A DNA stretch of 64,000 bases from Cyanidioschyzon merolae (Eukaryota): the NCBI GenBank assembly GCA_000091205.1, contig AP006497.2, one strand, 5' to 3'. Positions within the stretch are counted from its first letter, which is position 1; every line of letters starts with the position of its first letter. Below the pieces are notes generated by a model. The model made no database searches. It saw nothing but the letters and a program-made list of their open reading frames with translations, and had not been told where the DNA came from. Positions 21,684 through 31,093 of this stretch are shown here, piece by piece. A program made the position numbers and the translations under genes.

Positions 21684-22051
21684 CGCTGCGCGCCTCCGCG
21701 CGTAACCGCTATGTTTTTCGTGGAATACGACGTCTGCGATGAACCTGAATATCTCGAGTACGTGATTGTTGTCGGCAACGAGAAAACAGGCGACAATTCC
21801 TTTTCAGATGGTTTGATGCTTCACGCCTGCCAGCACAGTCTCTCGATTCGAACATAGGATTCGACTCAACGACTTTTGGGCTACAGTGCTCACTCGACGG
21901 TAAGCTCGCCACGACATCCGATTCTTTTCATGGACAAAACGTTTCCATCGGCCAGCGTTCTCCGATTACGCGCATTTTTCTTTTCTTACTTTTTTTGTGT
22001 TTTTTTTTCAGTGCGCGGTGAGGTATCCACCAAATCCCCTACTTCCATGTT

Positions 22052-22338
22052 ACATTACCTGCACTTCGTCTCGGATATTCTGGTCGTTTCATACGTCCTA
22101 TCGTGTGTGCCTAGTACCTGCCGAAAGCGACAGCAATAGCGCCTACAGCGCCAGTGCGGTCGCTGCACGGAGACAGAGCGGCGTTGCCGTAACACAAAGG
22201 GCGGCGGCTCGAGGCGTGGCTCACCCGACGTAGAATCGGGTCTCGTCGTCAGTTTGTGCTCGGAGAGTCTGCGGATGCAGGCTTGTCTTCGCAGCACGAC
22301 ACGCTGGAGAAACTTGGCTGTTAGGATATATCCTGGGA
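22052..22338 (+). repeat. Solo fragment of the V module (matches 11898-12185)
   Basis: See the 11898-12185 feature. The core ctcggatattctggtcgtttcatacgtcctatcgtgtgtgcctagtacctg also matches 36294-36342 in copy D. Weaker similarity may extend left to ~21930. Confidence 0.6.
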
Positions 22339-22723
22339 ACACGACATCCGATGCACCGCCGCAGTCGCTATACGCGCGCTCCGAGCGGCGTCGACATACC
22401 AAAGCAGGCGTCGGATCGACATAAAGATACAGGGGGCGACACCTAAATTTCCGGTGTAGTGGGATCGATGCATCCAACCAGAATCCCGGTAAGCACGAAT
22501 TGGAGCAGCAATTAGGGAAGCATTCCACGCTTCTCTCCGAAAACTACGCAACACTGGCATCCACAGAGGCCCTTCTGCACGAAGAGCAGATGCAACCTCA
22601 GGCATTTTCGATCCGGCACTGCAGCAGCAGCAGCAGCAGCCGATCGGCGGCAGCAGCGGCCGATCGCAGAATTTGAAATTGCCGTGCTTTTCCGGCTCGC
22701 TTGCCCCTTCACGGCTTGCCGCC

Positions 22724-25700
22724 ATGGCGGATGACAAGGAGAATCAACCGCGCCGGACACTTTATCCGAACGAGAGCACAAAGCTGTTCGGAGAGGGTCA
22801 TGATGTGAGAGAATGTCAATCCAACGGAGACGCCTCGTCAGAAACTTGGGTAGACGGCTGCAGTGACGCTATTCGGGTCGTGCTGCGTGTGCGCCCGCTG
22901 ACGCCGGCGGAGCATGAGCGCTCCCAGAGAACCTGCCTCGAACTGGACTCGGCAACAAACTCAGTTTTAATAGGAACGAATAACGACCTACGTCGATTCA
23001 CCTATGATCATGTGGCGTCGCCCGAAGTTGACCAGGCACAGATGTTCTATCTTGTCGGTCGGCCGATCGCCGACAGCGCTCTTGACGGCTATAACGGTAC
23101 AGTTTTCGCTTATGGTCAGACAGGGAGCGGCAAAACGTATACAATGCAAGGAGATGTCTACACGAACAAGGAATCCGAAGAAAAGGACAACCGGGGGCTC
23201 ATGCCACGGCTGTTCGAATACATTTTTGCGCAGATCGCCCGCCGGGAACGAGAGCACTCTGCAACGCGGTACCTCGTCAGGTGCTCCTACCTCGAAGTAT
23301 ATAACGAGGTTGTCACAGACTTGCTGGATCCTCTGTCTACAAATCTGGCCATTAGGGAGGACTTTCGCAACGGCGTCTCTGTGGAAGGCCTCTCCGAGGA
23401 ACTCGTGTCCAACGCGGACGACTGCTTGCACGTTCTCGAGCGAGGTCTCTCCAACCGCCATATTGGAAGCACGTCGATGAATAGGGAGTCCTCACGCTCG
23501 CATTCGGTGTTCATCATGGTTATCGAGAGCGAGACGACGAATGAAACACGTGTAACGACTCGGCGCCGATCCCGTCTGAATCTTGTTGACCTTGCAGGCA
23601 GTGAGCGTCAAAAGCTTGCCAGAACCTCTGGACAAACGCTCCGGGAAGCCGGCAATATCAACAAGTCTCTCTCTGCGCTGGGAAACGTTATTAATGCACT
23701 CGTCGATATCGCGAACGGCAAGGAGCGCCACATTCATTATCGCGACTCGAAGCTTACGTTTCTGCTCAAAGATTCTCTGGGCGGCAACACGAAAACGACC
23801 ATGATCGCAACGGTCTCTCCTAGTGAGCAGAATTTCGCGGAAACACTGAGCACGCTCAAGTTCGCGCAGCGCGCGAAATACATCAAGAACAAAGTTGTGG
23901 TGAATGAGCACCTCTCCAGCAACAACATTGCTGCCCTGCAGGCAGAGATCACTCGACTTCGGCAACTAGTTACTTCCGCTGGCATTCCAGTAGACGCAGA
24001 CGTCTCCAAAGTTGGCTGGATTGTTGCACGGCAAAGCGTGCCAGGCATAGACTGTGAGAAAATGCACCTACAGAGAATCGGCGATCTCGAGCGTCTCCTC
24101 CTTGAGGCCCTCGATCGTGCTCGCTATCACCAGGAGCAATACCAGGCACTAGAGCGACAGAACGAAGCTCTCAACACAGCGTGCCGCAAGCGAGACAAAG
24201 TTTTGCAGCAAAACAAGATGATCCTTCGATTGCGAGATGCCGCACTGGAACGTGTACGCAGTAGCGGCGAGGTCTATCCAACGTCAGAGGAGCTCCTGAA
24301 AGAAATTGAGATTCTCCGCGAACAGATTGAGCACCACCCTCAAGTAACGAGCTATGCTGTGGAAAATATGCGTCTGCAGGAGCGAATTCGCGTGCTAGAG
24401 AGCCTGGTGCCCGCAGATCAAGATCAAAGTGCTTTCGTCAAGCTGGAGCGCTTCGTGGAGCAGCTACGAATAGCATATCAGGCGTGCTGCGAAGAAAAGA
24501 ATTCACTGCACAAGAAATTGCACGAGCTCGTGTACGCTGAACTGGAGCCTCTTGATCAAGCGGAGAAAACACACAATCGCTTTATCGCCTTGGAACTGTA
24601 CAAATGGCGGGAGAAGGAACGTTTCGAACAGCAAGTCGAGGAAGCTCGTTCGGAATGCCGTCAGGCGATGCTCAAGTACGAGCACGCACAACGTGAGTTG
24701 GAGACGCTTCGAACGAAATTCAAACAGGTAGAACAAGCATACGAGGAGAAGAGAGCAGCATGCGTGGAGATGGAAACGGCGCTCTCCACGCTCCGTCTTC
24801 AACACGACAAACAAACGGACATCGAGCAGAAAATACTCATTTTAAGTGATGAGTTGCGGGAATCCCGTGAGCGGTGCCAGAGTCTAGAGACGGATGCCGC
24901 GGCGCTCGAGCAAGAGTGCGATCGCCTGCGTGCAGTGTTGAATGACACCAAGGACCGTCTGCAGCACACTGAGACGGAGAAAGAAGCTCTGGAGCAGCAG
25001 CGAAATCAGCTCGAGAAGCGCCTTGAGCAACTTGAAAAAGATGGCCAGCACATGCGTCAGGAAGCTGCGGAACGCGCGCAAGCCATGGAGGCTGCACATA
25101 ACGCCGCGCTCACCGATCTGGAGAGCCGTCTCGCGAACGTCCAGATGGAGCTCGAGTCGCAACTGGAACGGAACTGTGCGCTCCAAGATCAAATCGACCA
25201 ACTGCAGTCCGAGACAGATTATCACCGAGGTCGATATCAGGAAGCCCAGCGAGAGCTCGCCAACGCGCAAGAACAAGTCAAGGGTCTGGAGAGCAAATTG
25301 GCTCAAAGCAACGCCACCGTTGAGGAGTTGCGCGCCTCCCAATGCCAACAGGCGGCGAGCCACGACGAGCAATTGCGGAGCGCTTTGCGTCAACAGAGGA
25401 GTGCTGAAACCGCGCTGCAGCAAGAGCGCGAAACGCTTCACCGATTACAGAGCGATCATGAACAACTCCTTGCGCGACACGAAACCATTCAACAGGAACT
25501 TCGTGAGAGTAGAGACATGATCCAGCGACTGCGCGTGGGCATGCAAGCTGCACAGCACGAGGCGCACGCTCAGCAGGAAGCGCGGCTCGCACTCGAACGT
25601 CGCGTGACAGACTTGGAGCAGGAGCGAGCCCAGGGCTGCGAGCGCGTGGCGACGCTCGAGCAGGACCTCACCAGTGTGCGTCAACGTGCTGATGAAGCTT

Positions 25701-26596
25701 CCACAGAGGCTGCGGCTCGCATCAGCGAGCTCATTCAGGAACTCGAGCGCAAGCACTCGGCGCTGACCCGCGCCCAGCTCGCTCTAGCAGAAACCGTCGC
25801 CAAAGCCGACCTCGAGCGCAAGCAGCTAGCTGACGAGCATGCGGAACGCCTCAGGGCTCGCGATCGACTGCTAGCCCAGTCTGAGGTAGAGACTGCAAAG
25901 TTGCGCCAGGGAATTGAGAACTTACAGGCTTCTGTTGCCGAATATCGCAACGAACAACGTGAACTGCATCGCCTTGCAGCCCAGGAGCGGCAGCAGCGCA
26001 AAATGCTCGAAGATGACTGGGAGAAACAACGGCGTCAGTACGCGAGAGATATGGATGCACTCCGGAAGCGCCTCGAGGCGGCCGAAAGCGAAACGCGAAT
26101 GCGCTGCGATGCCCAAGCTGACGCTCAGCGAGAGATCGCTTGCATTCGTCAACAAGCGGAAGCCTACCAACAGAAATTGGCGCATGCCGAAAAGCATCGC
26201 GCTCAACTCGAAAATCGACTCGTCATGCTCGAGCGAGATAAGCAGCGACTTGTCGCCGAGAACCGCCACGCCAATGAGGCTTTGATTCGCGCACAAGCCC
26301 AGTTCGAAGCACTCGAGCGCGAGCACAGGCAGACCAGTGAAGCGCTCGAAAAGGAACGAGTAGCGCTCGCGAGCCTTCAGACCGAATTCGAACAGCTCCA
26401 GATCATGTGCGAACGCCTGGAGGAGGAGAATACCAAGCTTGGTGGACACCACAATTTGCGTCAGCGCATTCATCATCATATTCGAGTCAAGGAGGAGAAC
26501 GCGGTGCTTCGCAAAGAGCGCGACCGCATCGCTGCTGAGCTCGATGCCTGCAGAGCTCGTCTTGCCGAACTAGAGAACGCACCCGGCACCAGCTAG
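22724..26596 (+). CDS. Kinesin motor protein with very long coiled-coil tail (kinesin-12/KIF15-like)
   Basis: ORF 22673-26596 starts on TTG; the first ATG is at 22724 (MADDKENQ). The N-terminal motor has GQTGSGKT (P-loop), SSRSHSVF (switch I), LVDLAGSER (switch II), HIHYRDSKLTFLLKDSLGGNTKT and the neck KNKVVVNE. About 870 aa of heptad-rich sequence follow. Confidence 0.9.
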   Translation: MADDKENQPRRTLYPNESTKLFGEGHDVRECQSNGDASSETWVDGCSDAIRVVLRVRPLTPAEHERSQRTCLELDSATNSVLIGTNNDLRRFTYDHVASPEVDQAQMFYLVGRPIADSALDGYNGTVFAYGQTGSGKTYTMQGDVYTNKESEEKDNRGLMPRLFEYIFAQIARREREHSATRYLVRCSYLEVYNEVVTDLLDPLSTNLAIREDFRNGVSVEGLSEELVSNADDCLHVLERGLSNRHIGSTSMNRESSRSHSVFIMVIESETTNETRVTTRRRSRLNLVDLAGSERQKLARTSGQTLREAGNINKSLSALGNVINALVDIANGKERHIHYRDSKLTFLLKDSLGGNTKTTMIATVSPSEQNFAETLSTLKFAQRAKYIKNKVVVNEHLSSNNIAALQAEITRLRQLVTSAGIPVDADVSKVGWIVARQSVPGIDCEKMHLQRIGDLERLLLEALDRARYHQEQYQALERQNEALNTACRKRDKVLQQNKMILRLRDAALERVRSSGEVYPTSEELLKEIEILREQIEHHPQVTSYAVENMRLQERIRVLESLVPADQDQSAFVKLERFVEQLRIAYQACCEEKNSLHKKLHELVYAELEPLDQAEKTHNRFIALELYKWREKERFEQQVEEARSECRQAMLKYEHAQRELETLRTKFKQVEQAYEEKRAACVEMETALSTLRLQHDKQTDIEQKILILSDELRESRERCQSLETDAAALEQECDRLRAVLNDTKDRLQHTETEKEALEQQRNQLEKRLEQLEKDGQHMRQEAAERAQAMEAAHNAALTDLESRLANVQMELESQLERNCALQDQIDQLQSETDYHRGRYQEAQRELANAQEQVKGLESKLAQSNATVEELRASQCQQAASHDEQLRSALRQQRSAETALQQERETLHRLQSDHEQLLARHETIQQELRESRDMIQRLRVGMQAAQHEAHAQQEARLALERRVTDLEQERAQGCERVATLEQDLTSVRQRADEASTEAAARISELIQELERKHSALTRAQLALAETVAKADLERKQLADEHAERLRARDRLLAQSEVETAKLRQGIENLQASVAEYRNEQRELHRLAAQERQQRKMLEDDWEKQRRQYARDMDALRKRLEAAESETRMRCDAQADAQREIACIRQQAEAYQQKLAHAEKHRAQLENRLVMLERDKQRLVAENRHANEALIRAQAQFEALEREHRQTSEALEKERVALASLQTEFEQLQIMCERLEEENTKLGGHHNLRQRIHHHIRVKEENAVLRKERDRIAAELDACRARLAELENAPGTS

Positions 26597-26689
26597 CACC
26601 CCGTCACATCCGCACACTGTCGTCGACCGCCGACCGCGCCTAGAGCCGTCCTCCGAATGACGCGGGAGTTGCGACTCGGACACCACGTG

Positions 26690-27418
26690 CTACGTCGTTG
26701 GTGCGCTCGACGCTGCACCCGACACCGCTCCCGTGAGCTGGTCCTCTATCGCTCGAACGATGGTGTCGACGCTGGCCATTGCCCCCACTCCGGTGTCACC
26801 ACAGGCAAGCATTTTCACCGTCGGCTCAATGATGTGCGTCCCTCGCTTGACCAGTAATTGTAAATGTTCCGTTGTTACCGGATGATGCCACATGGCCGTG
26901 TTCATTGCGGGCGCAACCAGAACGGGTTTGGAGCCAAGTTCCCACGCTCGCGCAACGCACAACAGCAAGTTGTCACAGATGCCGTACGCCAGTTTCGCAA
27001 GCGCGTTTGCGGATGCTGGCGCAACAACCAAGATATCCGCCTGACGTCGAATCTCAATATGAAGCACGGGGTCCCCGATTTTCGCCCAGCTGCGCCACTC
27101 GTCCTCGTCCGTGAAAAGCGAAACGCCTCGCTCGCGAAAGAACGCTACTAGATCAGCAGGTGCTAGCGCTGACGCAGCACCAGAATACTCGGCTGCCGCC
27201 TGGCCGAGAAAGCGCAGTCCGTTGGCGGTTGCGACAACCAGCGCGTTTGCCCTGCGAGCCCGCAACGCTTCCACAAGCTCCAAAGAGCGTAGCGCGGCAA
27301 CGGAACCGGTTACGCCCACGACGACACAGCGTCCTTGCAGGGTGGTTGCAACCGCTGAACGTGGTGCACTCGGAGTGCTGTCACTGTTCTGGTTGGCTTC
27401 ACGAGCCTGTGCACGCAT
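26690..27418 (-). CDS. Phosphopantothenoylcysteine decarboxylase (HAL3/CoaC-type flavoprotein)
   Basis: ORF 26690-27469(-) starts on GTG; the first ATG is the complement of 27416-27418. Motifs are VVVGVTGSVAALRSLELVEAL, ILVVAPASANALAKLAYGICDNLLLCVARAW, VLVAPAMNTAMWHHPVT and MLACGDTGVGAM. Confidence 0.85.
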   Translation of the reverse strand: MRAQAREANQNSDSTPSAPRSAVATTLQGRCVVVGVTGSVAALRSLELVEALRARRANALVVATANGLRFLGQAAAEYSGAASALAPADLVAFFRERGVSLFTDEDEWRSWAKIGDPVLHIEIRRQADILVVAPASANALAKLAYGICDNLLLCVARAWELGSKPVLVAPAMNTAMWHHPVTTEHLQLLVKRGTHIIEPTVKMLACGDTGVGAMASVDTIVRAIEDQLTGAVSGAASSAPTT

Positions 27419-29246
27419 GAGGCCAGTCTTGTGTACGGTGCGCCGCGCTGTGCTCCGCGTGAGCTGCACCGTGCGCGCACTGCCGAGAAACAGCGGTGTT
27501 CGGGTTCTGGAGCTTCCGACGCTCTCGGGATCTTTTCAAGTTAATGTTTTAAGTGCGTAGCATGACGACCCTCGGAACGCGTCTCCCTGTAGCGAGGTAC
27601 GGACGGTTGCAGGCAGCTGTGCGCTCAGCTGACAACTGGCGTGCCTAAAGGCATATTTGACGCAAAAGTATCAATCCTGAGATACGTTCTCCATGATTCG
27701 CGTATGGACGTATCGAATTCATCTCTTATGAGTCATATTTATATTTATCTGGAAGAGTTGCACTTCGCAACGGGCAGTTTGCGGCGGCGTTGCGTTGCTG
27801 GTGGATGGGCGCTCGTCCAGGTGAGGGCTTGCCTGTTCATTCGTGCGCAACTTCGAGCCTGCGATATCGCTTGGCTCCAGATTCCGTACCAGAGATGGTA
27901 TGCGCTTCCAGGCGCATCGACATACAAAACAGATGCCCGATCTCCTGGTTATTCTCGACGAGGCGTTCGTACTGGATATGTGGATCGGAACGGGCCCTGC
28001 TTACCGCAGTCTGCGACTGTGCAGTGCAGAGGCACGACCGTGCATCGCTTGTCGTCTTTTCCAAACAAGGTTCGTCTCTGCGTATCGTGGTTATTGAGCG
28101 TCACATCGCCGTATGCTCATTCAGAAACATAACGTCCCAAAATGTTCAGGTTCCACGCATCGCCACATGTGCTTCCGCATTGCAGTCCAGGGAATCCGAG
28201 CCGAGTGCCCGGAGAGATTCCCATCACGACGTTTTCCTTCGTGCTGAATAATAGCTGGCGTTGCCGCAGCCATCAGCGTCATTGACGCGTCCGCCGGAAA
28301 GCCGAACTCCCGATTCGAAGCCCGCCTCCCCGGCCGCTTCCACAAGTATCATCATCCGGTCTGCTACGAGAGCCGAGATACCAGCATCAAGGGCGAGCTA
28401 CGCGTCGGGTGCCACCAAACGTACATATGCGGGCCAGGTTTTCATCCAGAATGACATTTCAGGGCGCTTGCCCGAGCTTTCTTACTGCCGCATCCAGGAG
28501 CGTCCGAGGAACAGTCGCACCGTTCACGCGTTCAAGGTTTGCATGGCATCACATCAGTGTATCTGACAGGTTTCCGCGAAGAGGTACGTGCTGCCGGAGG
28601 CAACGCAGCGGCCTTACCAGACGCTTCAACGTGTCCGACGCTGGAGCGCGCTCCCCGGGCCAAGTAACGCACCCACATCCAGTGCGTGACACGCCCGGCG
28701 GGTGCTGCGAGCCCGCCACCACCATCGAGCAATATCGCGCCGCCACGTGTCGGCACCAGATGCGACACCGGCGAGGCACCCCGGGATACGCTGCTGCACG
28801 CAGCACGCGGGAACGCCTCCGGGGTGACCCCGCGCGCTGCCTACAGAGCGGCGCCTGTTCCGTAGGCGCGCATCTGGATACGGAGCATCCGACGGCGCGG
28901 TTGGAGTCTCGGCGTCAAGCGTGGCACCAGAGCTCGCGAAAGCCGCTGGCGAGCTTGCGCCCGTCGATTGCGGTCCAATGAGGCATGCGGGCGCACGCTT
29001 TGGATTGCTGCCCGCGCCCGGCCGCACACGGCAGCGATCGACGGGCGCTAGCACCGAATTCGAATGCGCGCAGCAGTGCCGCGCTGTGGTGTCTGCTGGT
29101 GTTGGTGGTACCGGGTGTGCCTCGGATCGCGGCAGCCGATCAGGGCCGTGCGCGGCGGCTGGGCGTTTATTTCCTATCCCGTAAGTGTTCTGACGTTTTT
29201 GTTTTGCGCGCAGCCTTGACTTTCCTTGCTAACAAGACCTTCAGGT

Positions 29247-30413
29247 ATGAGCGAAGCAGCAATCCTCGCGGAGGCGATTGAGAAGGGCTCGACCTTCGAT
29301 GAAAAGCTTGTCACACAGCACGCGAATTGGGTCCAGAGCATGTCGTTCTCGCCCACAGCGCGGTCGCTGCTCACAGGCTCGAACGACGGCTCCGTTCGAG
29401 TGAGTGACCCTCGAACGGGTGAGAATCGGCTTGAGCTTCGGGGCGACTTTGGTGGTCAGGTGTACGCGTCGCTCGTAACGCCGACTTCAGACGCAGTGGT
29501 CGTGGCCTGTGGTGACGGCAAGATTTACGTCTACGACACCGAGACGGTCAAGGGCCCCCAGAAAGAGGTGCGTCTGGCGGCGCGCCTGCGTCGGACGATG
29601 GAGGCGCACGGATCGAATGCGGTGCTCTCGCTGGCGATAACGAAAGACGGAAGCACCCTCGTATCGGGGTCGGTCGGTCGCGATATCGTGAAACATGACA
29701 TGAAGAGCGGCGAGGAGCTCGGACGGTTTGTAGGACACGAGGGCTACGTGTATTCTCTCGCGATTTCAAGGGATAATACGCTGCTTGCTTCTGGATCTGG
29801 TGATGAAACCGTGCGGGTATGGAATATGAAGGAATGCACCTGTATCCACACGCTTACGGAGCATATTGGTTGGGTATGGGGCGTTGATTTCCACCCCAAG
29901 CGAGATATTTTGGCCTCTGGTTCGAATGACCGGACGATTTGTCTGTGGAATCCTCAGACTGGAGAGCTGCTCCAAAAGATCGAAACGTTCGAACACGTTT
30001 ACTGCTTGCAGTTCGCACCAATCACGGGCCGGTTTCTGCTCTGCGGAACCAGCGGAGAGAAACCACTACGTATTTATGATATGGAGAAAAACTATGCCGA
30101 GTATTTGATCAACAACACGAAGCAAGGGGGTCGAGTGTTCGCTGTCGCATTCGCCGCCTCTGAATCTGCATTCGCAGCCGGCTCCGAGGACGGCAACGTC
30201 GTGCTCTACCAACCCAAAATGCCGAGCGACAGCGCCAGTACGACGCGTCGCAGCGCGGCCGCTGCACGCCCGGCGGCCGAGCCCAGCCCAGTGGAAGATG
30301 CCGGTGCTGCTCGTGCGCCAAGCACGAAACGCACTGGCGGACGTCGCTCAAACTTTTGTAGCTGTTTTGGTGGTGGTGGTGGTGGTGGTGATGGTGGTTC
30401 CAGCCGCCGCTAA
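29247..30413 (+). CDS. WD40-repeat protein
   Basis: ORF 29226-30413 starts on TTG; the first ATG is at 29247. It has repeated WD units: VLSLAITKDGSTLVSGSVGRDIVKHD, VYSLAISRDNTLLASGSGDETVRVWN, VWGVDFHPKRDILASGSNDRTICLWN and VFAVAFAASESAFAAGSEDGNVVLY. A Gly-rich tail is encoded by a (GGT)n run. Confidence 0.8.
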   Translation: MSEAAILAEAIEKGSTFDEKLVTQHANWVQSMSFSPTARSLLTGSNDGSVRVSDPRTGENRLELRGDFGGQVYASLVTPTSDAVVVACGDGKIYVYDTETVKGPQKEVRLAARLRRTMEAHGSNAVLSLAITKDGSTLVSGSVGRDIVKHDMKSGEELGRFVGHEGYVYSLAISRDNTLLASGSGDETVRVWNMKECTCIHTLTEHIGWVWGVDFHPKRDILASGSNDRTICLWNPQTGELLQKIETFEHVYCLQFAPITGRFLLCGTSGEKPLRIYDMEKNYAEYLINNTKQGGRVFAVAFAASESAFAAGSEDGNVVLYQPKMPSDSASTTRRSAAAARPAAEPSPVEDAGAARAPSTKRTGGRRSNFCSCFGGGGGGGDGGSSRR

Positions 30414-31093
30414 GGCGAGCGCGCTACCGAGCAGGCCGCAGCACGCAGTACTTTTCGGTGGCAGCGAGCGCACACGCTATACTGCAATTTGGCGGCTAGA
30501 GAAGCGCCCCCGTAACCCATTGATATGCTCGCTTTGAGAGAGCCCGTCGTATCGAGGGCGGCTGTGGGTCGTTGTCGGTAGAGTATTAAGCAATAAAAGA
30601 TCTTGGTCGATATCGTGAACGTGTATCGGATTGATCCTCAGTCATCGTCGAGTTTGGTGTCGTTGCGGCAGTGCGAGTCTTCATCGAACGGCACCGTCTA
30701 TGCTGCCGACACGCGAGAATACCCGTCGAGCACACTCCTGATCCCGGGCTTGGTGCCGGCACCAAACCCGTATGCCAGACATCCAATGAGCATCCTAGCT
30801 GGAAACGGGATGCTGCCAGGGACCCGCTCAGGGCCATGCGGCAGCGACACTCCTAGATGTCATGGTGGCGGTACCCGCTGGGCTACGTGACTCGCCCGGC
30901 TACACGACAGATCCGCGCCATCGCGGTGGCATCGATAACGACTGTTTGTTCACATATTATGCATATAATTTCATATTTTTCTATTTCTGGACAATGTGCG
31001 CGGTGAGACACGCAGGACACCGCTCGTGTCACACGGACCGAAGGTCACGTTCCCAGCGACTGGCGTGCGCGCCGCGGAGCGAGACGCATTTGA

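Noticed and set aside
24503-26479. Long antisense ORFs inside the kinesin tail (24503-24814, 24884-25441, 25278-25592, 25445-25756, 25922-26479; all minus).
   Set aside because: They lie opposite a codon-biased, Glu/Leu/Arg/Gln-rich coiled-coil region, where stop codons are depleted on the reverse strand. They have no independent motifs.
28532-28806. Faint resemblance of minus-strand peptides (GAILLDGGGGLAAPAGR ... SVGHVEASGKAAAL) to the TVGAVALD...ATSTGG...AVSATGxGE core of Ntn-type asparaginases.
   Set aside because: The matches are short, need frame switching, and other expected motifs are missing or out of order. This is not enough to call a feature, so it is listed only as part of the unassigned-interval finding.
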